64,000 nt of DNA, taken from positions 448 to 64,447 of the forward strand of contig CAISGE010000021.1 in assembly GCA_903884815.1 (NCBI GenBank), given 5' to 3'. The notes beneath the pieces were generated by a model. The model saw only the letters and a program-made list of their open reading frames with translations, made no database searches and was not told where the DNA came from. Shown here piece after piece: positions 1 through 8,386 of the stretch; within the stretch, counting starts at the first letter, position 1, and every line of letters begins with the position of its first letter. This DNA comes from Candidatus Omnitrophota bacterium (GTDB lineage: Bacteria; Omnitrophota; Omnitrophia; Omnitrophales; Aquincolibacteriaceae). The position numbers and the translations under genes are program-made.

Positions 1-1
1 T

Positions 2-1183
2 CCGGAAGAAACGCCCATCACTGTTCAGCAACTTTCTCCGGCCTCTCTTGTAAGGTATGCCGAATATTTGGAAAAAGGTTTTCGGGGGATTTCGGGATCT
101 GCGACCACCGTCGACACGCTCATGGCGGGTGTTCAGACGTCCAGTGAGTCTGATGTGATCCGAGAAGCCGAAAGCGCGCAAGCGGACATTACCTTGGTTC
201 AGGTTCACGGATCTTATTCCGAGAAACCCGTTGCGGCAGGGAAATTTCCGGGAAAAGTGGTGGTGCTGATCCATCGGCCTGAAGAATTTCTGGACCGGAA
301 TAAAACAAAAGCGGAGAGGGACCAATTCTTGGCGGGCGCAGACGCCCTCGTATTGCTTGGGCCTGCTTCTCTTGAGACTTATCAACAGCTTTATCCTGAC
401 AAAGTAGTCACGACGATCCCTCACGGATTTTTTGAAATGGGGACGATCGATTACAGTCGTCTAGATCCAGGCTCAATCGCGACCGTGGGTTCCATTACGA
501 CCTGGGACATGAAAGACATGCGTCATATTCCAGACGCCCTGAAACTGATCGCGGAGGTCAAGGCCAAAGGAACCGGGCTGAATGTGTTGGGCTATCTCGG
601 TCATCCGGCCGGGTCTAAAGCGAAGGACAATTTAGAAGAGTACCGGGGCCGGGAAGACGTTTGGCTCCTGAGCAATGCGGAGTTGGAGCAACTGATCGAG
701 GACCACGATGTGAAGGATGCGGCAGGATTCCAGAGAATGATCTATGCGGAATCCATGAAGACTGGTAAGAGCCGGACGATTATCCGGACAGAATCCGCCT
801 CCAAGGGAAGTTCTCTCGCTGAGTGGGAAACGGGGCTGATCGATTTCAATCTTCAGCTTTACCGTGAAGTGACCAAGGGCGGTACCGCGAAGGTGGAATA
901 TTCCGGAACCCTCCATTTAATGGGCGTGCCGGCAATCTATGTGGTGCTGGATTCCCCGGCCATGAACGACGTCGCGACAAATGAAGGACTCGGGATCCTC
1001 CAAGTGCCGATCGATGGCACGGCCATCAACTATAGCGCCGGCGCTGAAAAGATCCTGTCGATGATCCGTGATCCGGCCGGAAGAAGGACGATGCTCGAAA
1101 AGAACCGGGATGTCGCCTCGAAACTCGGCATGGACACGATCGCCTTTGCCTATGACCGCCTTTTTAGGGAATTGTTGGCCGAC
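2..1183 (+). other. Domain of ORF1: GT-B (GT4-like) glycosyltransferase-like module
   Basis: 'VVVLIH', 'ADALVLLG', 'VTTIPHG' and the terminal helix 'SKLGMDTIAFAYDRLFRELL' resemble GT4/GT-B layouts. Divergent. Confidence 0.55.
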
Positions 1184-4100
1184 CGCGCCGAGATGAGAAT
1201 TTTTAATCTCCCGTTCTTTAACCGTTGGCAAACAAAGGAAGATCAGTTGCGCCTTTTTGCAGCAAATGATCTCCGGAAGGTTTTTCAAATTGTAAAACAA
1301 GCTTACTCCGGCCTTCCAGACTCTTATGAAAAAGACAATCTGCACGTTGTCACCGTTGCCGATCACCTGGTTCAGCTTTTGCTTGTTTTAGAACTTCAAC
1401 AGTTATTTCCAGACGATTATTTTCTCGGAGAGGAAAAAATCGATCTTGATTATCTTCAAGATCAGTTTAGTGAATTAGCCAAGATCGACAGGCCCCAGCT
1501 TCAGAAGACTTTCGGTCAGGAACTGGTGCGATTCAAGCAACTGAAAGCAGATCACGAGAATCGGGCAACTCAAAAGAGCGTAGCGGCTCGGTGGTCCATT
1601 GAGGATGTCCTGGACGGTAAGAGTCATTTGAATCCCTTAAATTTTGTCATTAATGACCCGATGGATGGAACAAGCAATTTCAAGAAAGGCAGTTTGATGT
1701 ATGGTTTCTCGCTTGCGCGCACGACTTGGAACCCCGCGACAGATCTTCATGAACCCAGTTATAGTATTACTTATGCTCCGGAATACACCCTTACGCTTCG
1801 AGATGGACGGACGATCTACGGTCCGATGCTGGAATACAATCAGCGGGAGGACCGTGTCTCTCTCTACGGGACCCTTCCCAAAAGTGCGTTTATGCAGATC
1901 CTACACAAGCTCCTCTATGGGGTCCTTCCACACGGTACGTTTGGGCTGATCATACGCAACCTCAAGCTGACGCCTCCTCTATCGAGAAAAGAAAACATCG
2001 TTGTTCTCAGGGATTCCAAAAGCGAGGGGCCCAACCCGCACTTAGGGCCTTTACAAGCGGGTTTTCAGGATTACCAGACTTCGGATAAATGGGATTCCTC
2101 GGTTGTGGGGATTATGGAAACCATCCTTGGCAATTTGGCGGTGTACGGCGGCATCATGAAGCTTTGGGATCATGCCGGATCCCTGGGTTTGGTCCGCGCT
2201 ATGGGAGGTATCATTTTTAGAATCGATGAGCATGGTTATGGTAAGGAACTTTTAGGGTATACGGATGATGATATAAAGAGGGGGTACCAAGACGAGCTTT
2301 TTCCCGTGGTGGTAGTTTTTGGCGAAAGAAACATTCAAAATTTTCGTAAAGTCCTTGAGCAAGTACGCTTTTTTGCATATGCCGGCGGTACGGATCCCGA
2401 GACAAAGAAAACCAAGGATTCCAGTAACACCGTCATCGTGACAGTTCCCGATCCGAATGCAGGCCTTGCGAATAGGGCCACGGTTTGGGACGGCAAGACC
2501 AAGAAACCCGTCGCAAGAATTTCCTTCGAAGGTGTTTTTCCTTCTGCTGAGGAGGTAACAGGAATTCAGACGTCTCAAAATGGGCGATGGGTGTTTTTAA
2601 CGACACGAAATAGCGTGGCGACTTTCGATTTAAAAAAGATTGAGACTACCGAAGAATCAAAATTTGACTTGATCGCACCTGGCCACCAGGGCGATCCGCA
2701 GAGAGCCATTGACCAGTGGCTTGGCATGCAGAGCGATGGGGTCACCCATTCGGAAATGGCCCGATTTTTTATCGCTCTTCGGACCTCCGCCACCCGCACC
2801 GAGGCGAGGGCCACCTTGATAAAAGTGGCTTACGGGGCCGCGGTTCTTGCAAGCATTGTGGCGATAGTGTGGGCGTTGCCAATTCCCGCCATGCTGGCGG
2901 CTCGCGTTTATTATGGCAGTTCCGGCGTGTTTGCCGCATTACTCATTGCGCCGTTCATCGGAGCTTACTGGCAGATGAACCAACACACGGACGCGAAGGC
3001 CACCCTGATGAGAGTGGCTTACGGGGCCGCGATTGTTGCTAGCATTGCGGCGATAGTGTGGGCGTTGCCGCTTCCCGGGATGCTGCCGGCTCGCGTTTTT
3101 TATGGCGGTTTAGGCGTGATTGTCGCATTACTCATTGCGCCGTTCATCAGAGCTCACCGGAAGATGAACCAAAAAAGTCGGTCTCATGAATCTCTTCCTG
3201 CCGCGCCTCGGGGCTCAGGGCCCATCATACTCCATGGAGAGACCCATGGAGCAACGCTCAAACTCGGTAGCAAGAAACCCTCTCTCTTTCTTCAAAATAG
3301 CCTTGGGATCAGGGTGACAGATCAGGGTGAAACCTACGGCTACGACATTCTTGGGAATCACGCACTACTCGGCAAAGTTCGCGCTGAGGGGTCCGTTAAT
3401 AAGACTTTCCTTAAAACAGAATTTTGGAACGTTGCACGAGGAAAAAGCGGAGAAATGCTACAGATAAAATTGCTGCCGGCTTCCACCGGCAAAGTTGACT
3501 TTGTTTACAGGGTCATCGCACGGGCGGACGATCAGTCTGGGGTTCTTCCGGACGTTGACAGACCTTGGTTTAATCCGAAGAATGTGTCGACCACTCTCGG
3601 TGGCCTGGAAGCAGCACAAAACAGGGCCTATGTCACCGGATTAGGGATTCTGAGTTTAATTGCCGGGTTTAAATCACACCCAAATGATTTGATTTTTTTC
3701 AAGGAATGGGTATCGCCACTCGTTTCAAATTGGGCTCAAGTGAGGGAACTGTTTCAGCCTGGACTGACACTTGCAAATATCGATGTGTTGCTCACGCCGC
3801 CTGAGGAAAAGACGCCCTCAGAGTTTGATCTTACCCAAGCTCACCGAAGCTTGGTTGATCAGATCGGTCAATTACAGCTCCGCGCTGAGACGCGGTTGGC
3901 TTCTGCGATGGGATTCATCAGGAGTGCGGGATCCGGCGTTCTGGTTCTTGCCGCTGTTTTGATCACGTCTGCATGCAAAAAAGGTACGCCGAATACGCCT
4001 GCCGAAAAATCCGAGATCCTGCAAACCGCTGCCCCGGCTCAAAATCCGCCGCAATCCGGATTCCGCCCGATAGCGGAGGATCCAGGCGTCTTGTTGACAA

Positions 4101-7100
4101 CACCCGCCGGAGTCGTGCTCACTTTCCACAAACTGAAACCGGCCTATGACGAGGCTGTTGCAAACGGCGATCTTCAAAAAATAAAAGAGCTCGGAATCAG
4201 TGCTCTTGGAACCGTAGTCTCAATAGACAAACTAACACCGAAATCCGGGGTCGCGGCAGAGATTGCTGACGGCGTTGCGTTACGGATGCTCAGCACAAAA
4301 AAGGGCGGTAAGGCGACTGCGGACCAGCCGTTCGCGGGATTTCTGCGGTTGCTTCAAGAAAGACTTCCCGAGCTCACCAATGAGGACTCCGGTGTTTTGT
4401 TGAAGTTACCCAACGGGGTCGTACTCACTTTCCGCGATCTGATGCAGGCCTATGACGAAGCTGTCAAGAAATCCGATCTTTCCAAAATAGAAGCGATCGC
4501 GACCGAAATTCTGGCGACAGCGGCGCAAATCGGACAGTTCAAACCGAAACCCAGGCTCGCGAATGCGGTGGCAAAGGGCGCAGCTCAATGGATGCTCGGC
4601 AAAGAAAATGGTGGTATGGCGCCGGCTAACCAGCCGTTCGCGAAACTCCTGTTGGCGATTGAAGACAAACTTCCCGAACTTGCCAGCGAGAACTCCGTTG
4701 TTTCGTTGAAGACACCCAAAGGAGACGTGCTCGATTTTAGCAATTTAAAACCGGCCTATGACGAGGCTGTCAAGAAAACCGATCTTCCAAAAATAGAAGC
4801 AATCGCGGCCGAAATTCTGCAGACGGCGGCGAATAAAGACCGTCTCCCCACGAAACCCAAGGACGTAGAAGCGAAGGCAAAGGGCGTTGCTAAATGGATG
4901 CTCGACAAGAAAAGGGGAGGTATGGCGCCGGATGACCAGCCGATCGAGGAACTCGTGCGGTCGATCGAAGAAATACTTCACGAACTCGCCCGCTCCGAGA
5001 CGAGGACAAAGCGACGTGATTTTCTAAAGGCAGCAACTTCGGCTCTTGCGTTCAATTTGGGTACAGGATTAGGTCTGAATGCTGCAGAGCCGGACACGAA
5101 ATCGCCGGTAGACGATGAGCAAGCGCGCGCAAATCTGTTGAAGGGGGTCCGCGCCGAGCTCGAGCGGATGATGAAGGAGAAGAGTTTTAAGGGCAACGAT
5201 ATTACCTATTCGACGTACTGGGTGCGCAATATGAACCGGACAATCCTGGGACATCATTGGACGGAGATCCTGGAGCCCATGATTCAATATGCCATGGTCC
5301 CACTTAAGGTAGAAAAAATCATTTCCCCAGAGGATTTTGCGGGCCGAGCCGGAAAATTCCTGTCATTACTCGAAAAACACAAGAATGCTTTTTCCGCGGG
5401 AGTTCTGGCCGAACTCGATCGAATGGAGAACGAAAAAACATTCCGCGGTAACGATTTTCTGACTGATGGTTATTGGTCTCGGAATACTGGGCGAGAAATC
5501 AGTGATGCGGATTGGAAGAGGGCTCTGGAGCCGATGCTCCGCGACACAATGAAACAATTGAAAGGCAAACAAGTCATAGAGCCCGCTGAATTTGCGAAGA
5601 AGGCAAAAGAGTATGTGAAGCAAAATCCCGGTATTTTGAATCCCCCTCGCTCCGAGACGAGGTTGCGGATCTCTCCCGAGATGATTCAAAAAGGGCGTGA
5701 AGCGATGAGCTTAACCTTGCAGAGCGTAGGTTACGCTATGCTTGTTGCGTCTGTTCTTGTCTTTGGGTTATCGGCGCTCTATATACGCTTTTCGATCCTG
5801 GGGGACCCCAGGGCGCTCCCGATCCTCGCTGCTTCTTTCATAACGTTTCTATTTCTTTTCTTCTTTCTTGAAAACTTTCCTGAACGGGCGACAACACCCT
5901 CGACCCGGATGAAGTGGCTCGTTGCGGGAGCGACGGCTTTGATCTTAAGCTTGGGAGCGTGGGGTGTTTACGAGGCGAGAGATTTTATAATGCAGCAGTT
6001 GCCAGCGATCCAAAACGTTCCGGAGAGCAATAGTTTAGAGGATTTGCCATTCATCCAACCACCACGCTCCGAGAAGAGGACGAACAGTTTGACTAGGCAC
6101 GAATCCTCCGACCCATCAAGAAGAAGTGAAATCAAGGGATGGATAGTGCTCTTGTCTTTCGGGCTAACTGTCCTCGGGCCTTTGGTTTTGTGGATCTATT
6201 CAATGTATGCAGAGGATCAGCGGGAGATTGCACGCGTTGAACAAGTTGTTGGGCATCCATGGAATGGCTGGAAAACTCACGGCGGGGGTGCTCTTTACGC
6301 CATTGAGGCAGTCGATGACAGCTTGGGTGTGGAAGGACGGCCGGATTGGCTTTTGATATTTGAGGGCAACCAGATCTACAGATTGCCGGTCCCCAAGACT
6401 CTTAATCCCGCTTTCGGTCGTTCGCGGAGTGATTTTCCTACTCGCGATCGCGGTCTGCTTCTTACTCTTGCCGGGAATTTTTTGCTATCTGAATTAAAAT
6501 CCGAATCACAGCCGGTGACCCCCGACATGATGAAGCCAATGCCGTATAATAGCGTTACTCGTTTTAGAATTGGCAATCCGGAAGACGACATCCGCGCGTT
6601 TCATGCCCGTTATGATTCGGCGTCTGCAGTGACCGTTAATGGCCGGACGGTTCTGAGAATTGGGAATCGCTCGGAGAGCGTCAATATCGCCCCGCAGTCT
6701 GCGCTTGGTCTTTTGGGCGCCATTCAAAAGCTGCAACTTCAAGGTAATTTGCCTTGGGACCTTAGGGTCGAGTTCCTTGGCATGGATAGTGTCTATTTTT
6801 CCATCCACGATCAATCCTCTAATGATACCGAAGCCTCATTCGAGCCACGATCCCTCTTTCCGAAACACTCCGGCGGTGTTCAGGTGACAGATTACGCGAG
6901 ACTGGCTCAGGCGTTGACCGCAAGTCTGCAGGAAAGCCCGGAGGGTCAAGCGGCCTTGAAAGCGCAGGCCAGCAAGCTGCAAGCTCAGAGGAAAGCCCAT
7001 ATCCTTTCGCTCAAAAAAGGCGTGCAGGGAGACGCTATAGAACAGGTGGGGTTAAAGCCGGGCGATCATGTTTACGGCTACTTTCCAGAGGAACTATCGC

Positions 7101-8077
7101 CGGACGGGAGTTCGATTATTCCAGAGGGGTATCACCACTTAGTGATAAGTTTTATTTCGGAGATCTCCCAAGGCCTAACCTGGACACATGTACCAAGTGC
7201 TTATGATCCCATCCGGGATAGCCAAACCAAACCAGACCCTGACCACCCGAAACGTATTATTGCAACTGTCCACTTTGTGGATGCTGATGGTAGAGAATTG
7301 CAAAGTTCAGATGTGTCTATCGATGAAATGAAGAAACAAAATGTCATAGTGGTCCGCTCCGAGAAGAGGGCGGATTTTGCACCGGAAGCGTGGATAGCGC
7401 CGAAGGCATTGTCTCTGACAGAGACCATGGAGCGTGAAGGAACCTCACTTCCCGGGATCGCCACAACGGTGAGGGAAGTGACAAAAGGGCTTTATGCGAC
7501 CTGGGTCATCGCCAAGGCGAAAGCTGTGGCGAAACTTCTTTCGCTTGCTATGCCGGAGCGCGCGGGAATAATCTCAGAAGATCTTGAGAAGAAGCTCACG
7601 AACATCGCCCAAGGGGCTCTCGGGTTAGTGGGAAAACAAGCGCCTACCGCTTCAGACGTTCTGGTGCTAACCCGCGATTTGTGGCGGAAGGATCCGGACC
7701 TTAAAGTGCCGGCGGGCATGCGTCGAGCCTATCCAGGGCAAATGATCCTTTTGATCTGCAGAAATGACGGGGATTTGGCACAGGTTGCGGAGCTTAATCT
7801 CCGTCTTGAGAAAGCAGGTATTCGACAGCCGGTGAATGCTGTGTTGGAGAATGACCACGCTGAATTCGTGAGGCTTGTTGGCAAGCAGTCGTCGATTAAG
7901 GCGCTGTTCTATGGCGACGGGAATGCAAAGGTTCCCGCGGTTCTGTTGCTTGAAAAATACGAACAGGTGAACGTATTGCCGGGAATGCTCAAGAGGTTCC
8001 TGGCGGCCATGAGCGAGCTTGTGAGCTACATTACGAATGGCCTTGCGGCGTCTTTCGCGACCGCTCACAGCGCGTAA
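2..8077 (+). CDS. Large modular polyprotein-like protein, 5'-truncated: GT-B glycosyltransferase-like domain, inositol monophosphatase-family domain, TM modules, repeat modules and a C-terminal domain, separated by R-x-E-x-R motifs
   Basis: Frame is open from base 2, so the TTG at 68 is probably not the true start. Stop TAA at 8075-8077 is followed by a terminator. Recognisable domain motifs inside. Confidence 0.9.
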   Translation, partial: PEETPITVQQLSPASLVRYAEYLEKGFRGISGSATTVDTLMAGVQTSSESDVIREAESAQADITLVQVHGSYSEKPVAAGKFPGKVVVLIHRPEEFLDRNKTKAERDQFLAGADALVLLGPASLETYQQLYPDKVVTTIPHGFFEMGTIDYSRLDPGSIATVGSITTWDMKDMRHIPDALKLIAEVKAKGTGLNVLGYLGHPAGSKAKDNLEEYRGREDVWLLSNAELEQLIEDHDVKDAAGFQRMIYAESMKTGKSRTIIRTESASKGSSLAEWETGLIDFNLQLYREVTKGGTAKVEYSGTLHLMGVPAIYVVLDSPAMNDVATNEGLGILQVPIDGTAINYSAGAEKILSMIRDPAGRRTMLEKNRDVASKLGMDTIAFAYDRLFRELLADRAEMRIFNLPFFNRWQTKEDQLRLFAANDLRKVFQIVKQAYSGLPDSYEKDNLHVVTVADHLVQLLLVLELQQLFPDDYFLGEEKIDLDYLQDQFSELAKIDRPQLQKTFGQELVRFKQLKADHENRATQKSVAARWSIEDVLDGKSHLNPLNFVINDPMDGTSNFKKGSLMYGFSLARTTWNPATDLHEPSYSITYAPEYTLTLRDGRTIYGPMLEYNQREDRVSLYGTLPKSAFMQILHKLLYGVLPHGTFGLIIRNLKLTPPLSRKENIVVLRDSKSEGPNPHLGPLQAGFQDYQTSDKWDSSVVGIMETILGNLAVYGGIMKLWDHAGSLGLVRAMGGIIFRIDEHGYGKELLGYTDDDIKRGYQDELFPVVVVFGERNIQNFRKVLEQVRFFAYAGGTDPETKKTKDSSNTVIVTVPDPNAGLANRATVWDGKTKKPVARISFEGVFPSAEEVTGIQTSQNGRWVFLTTRNSVATFDLKKIETTEESKFDLIAPGHQGDPQRAIDQWLGMQSDGVTHSEMARFFIALRTSATRTEARATLIKVAYGAAVLASIVAIVWALPIPAMLAARVYYGSSGVFAALLIAPFIGAYWQMNQHTDAKATLMRVAYGAAIVASIAAIVWALPLPGMLPARVFYGGLGVIVALLIAPFIRAHRKMNQKSRSHESLPAAPRGSGPIILHGETHGATLKLGSKKPSLFLQNSLGIRVTDQGETYGYDILGNHALLGKVRAEGSVNKTFLKTEFWNVARGKSGEMLQIKLLPASTGKVDFVYRVIARADDQSGVLPDVDRPWFNPKNVSTTLGGLEAAQNRAYVTGLGILSLIAGFKSHPNDLIFFKEWVSPLVSNWAQVRELFQPGLTLANIDVLLTPPEEKTPSEFDLTQAHRSLVDQIGQLQLRAETRLASAMGFIRSAGSGVLVLAAVLITSACKKGTPNTPAEKSEILQTAAPAQNPPQSGFRPIAEDPGVLLTTPAGVVLTFHKLKPAYDEAVANGDLQKIKELGISALGTVVSIDKLTPKSGVAAEIADGVALRMLSTKKGGKATADQPFAGFLRLLQERLPELTNEDSGVLLKLPNGVVLTFRDLMQAYDEAVKKSDLSKIEAIATEILATAAQIGQFKPKPRLANAVAKGAAQWMLGKENGGMAPANQPFAKLLLAIEDKLPELASENSVVSLKTPKGDVLDFSNLKPAYDEAVKKTDLPKIEAIAAEILQTAANKDRLPTKPKDVEAKAKGVAKWMLDKKRGGMAPDDQPIEELVRSIEEILHELARSETRTKRRDFLKAATSALAFNLGTGLGLNAAEPDTKSPVDDEQARANLLKGVRAELERMMKEKSFKGNDITYSTYWVRNMNRTILGHHWTEILEPMIQYAMVPLKVEKIISPEDFAGRAGKFLSLLEKHKNAFSAGVLAELDRMENEKTFRGNDFLTDGYWSRNTGREISDADWKRALEPMLRDTMKQLKGKQVIEPAEFAKKAKEYVKQNPGILNPPRSETRLRISPEMIQKGREAMSLTLQSVGYAMLVASVLVFGLSALYIRFSILGDPRALPILAASFITFLFLFFFLENFPERATTPSTRMKWLVAGATALILSLGAWGVYEARDFIMQQLPAIQNVPESNSLEDLPFIQPPRSEKRTNSLTRHESSDPSRRSEIKGWIVLLSFGLTVLGPLVLWIYSMYAEDQREIARVEQVVGHPWNGWKTHGGGALYAIEAVDDSLGVEGRPDWLLIFEGNQIYRLPVPKTLNPAFGRSRSDFPTRDRGLLLTLAGNFLLSELKSESQPVTPDMMKPMPYNSVTRFRIGNPEDDIRAFHARYDSASAVTVNGRTVLRIGNRSESVNIAPQSALGLLGAIQKLQLQGNLPWDLRVEFLGMDSVYFSIHDQSSNDTEASFEPRSLFPKHSGGVQVTDYARLAQALTASLQESPEGQAALKAQASKLQAQRKAHILSLKKGVQGDAIEQVGLKPGDHVYGYFPEELSPDGSSIIPEGYHHLVISFISEISQGLTWTHVPSAYDPIRDSQTKPDPDHPKRIIATVHFVDADGRELQSSDVSIDEMKKQNVIVVRSEKRADFAPEAWIAPKALSLTETMEREGTSLPGIATTVREVTKGLYATWVIAKAKAVAKLLSLAMPERAGIISEDLEKKLTNIAQGALGLVGKQAPTASDVLVLTRDLWRKDPDLKVPAGMRRAYPGQMILLICRNDGDLAQVAELNLRLEKAGIRQPVNAVLENDHAEFVRLVGKQSSIKALFYGDGNAKVPAVLLLEKYEQVNVLPGMLKRFLAAMSELVSYITNGLAASFATAHSA
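1199..2390 (+). other. Domain of ORF1: inositol monophosphatase (SuhB/CysQ/FIG superfamily) module
   Basis: Motifs VTVAD, FLGEE, NDPMDGTSNF (D-P-x-D-G-T at 1655-1672) and LWDHAG...AMGG (WD at 2165). Confidence 0.85.
2795..3172 (+). repeat. Two tandem 189-bp (63 aa) repeats encoding a TM hairpin
   Basis: ATLIKVAYGAAVLASIVAIVWALP...MNQ versus ATLMRVAYGAAIVASIAAIVWALP...MNQ. Units start at 2795 and 2984. Confidence 0.95.
4076..4990 (+). repeat. Three tandem 306-bp (102 aa) repeats
   Basis: Units start at 4076, 4382 and 4688 (EDPGVLL / EDSGVLL / ENSVVSL). Each contains AYDEAV, a (W/R)ML...GG segment and QP(F/I). Confidence 0.95.
5144..5625 (+). repeat. Two tandem ~255-bp (85 aa) repeats
   Basis: GVRAELERM..KSFKGND..YW..W..LEPM versus GVLAELDRM..KTFRGND..YW..W..LEPM. 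Units start at 5144 and 5399. Confidence 0.9.
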
Positions 8078-8093
8078 TAACTATTTTAAAATT

Positions 8094-8137
8094 GAACGGG
8101 GATGGCCCCTTTTTCGGGCTTTTCCCGTTCTTTTTTT
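8094..8137 (+). terminator. Intrinsic terminator after ORF1
   Basis: Imperfect stem GAACGGGGATGGCCC / GGGCTTTTCCCGTTC followed by T7. Confidence 0.75.
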
Positions 8138-8195
8138 CTGCACAAGGTTTCAGGTCATAAGAACATCTTCTTGTTTGACGATTAGGCACAAAGCG

Positions 8196-8214
8196 CTGCG
8201 CCATTATGGCGCAG
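8196..8214. promoter_or_regulatory. Palindrome CTGCGCCAT-T-ATGGCGCAG, a candidate enhancer-binding-protein (NtrC-like) site
   Basis: Perfect 9-bp arms. Core TGCGC-N7-GCGCA resembles the NtrC box TGCAC-N7-GTGCA. About 100 bp upstream of a sigma54-like promoter. Confidence 0.6.
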
Positions 8215-8301
8215 ACAAGCACTTCAATTCTCATATCAGAAACTTGATCAATGCAACCCATTTCTATTAAACGAGTTATAATTTTTTATTTTTTGGAATA
8301 A

Positions 8302-8316
8302 TGGCACGGTAATTGA
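8302..8316 (+). promoter_or_regulatory. sigma54 (-24/-12)-like promoter for dnaK
   Basis: TGGCACG-GTAA-TTGA versus consensus TGGCACG-N4-TTGC. One mismatch, at the -12 C. Confidence 0.55.
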
Positions 8317-8386
8317 GCTATGATGGACGTCACTCGTATTATCAACAAAACTCAAAGACCTGCCCAAGGCAGGCAAGGAGAATAAA

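Noticed and set aside
68-70. TTG start of ORF1 given by the ORF track
   Set aside because: The frame is open to the window edge and there is no RBS, so the gene starts upstream of the window.
8180-8230. Possible CIRCE element upstream of dnaK
   Set aside because: Does not match TTAGCACTC-N9-GAGTGCTAA. The palindrome present is a different sequence.
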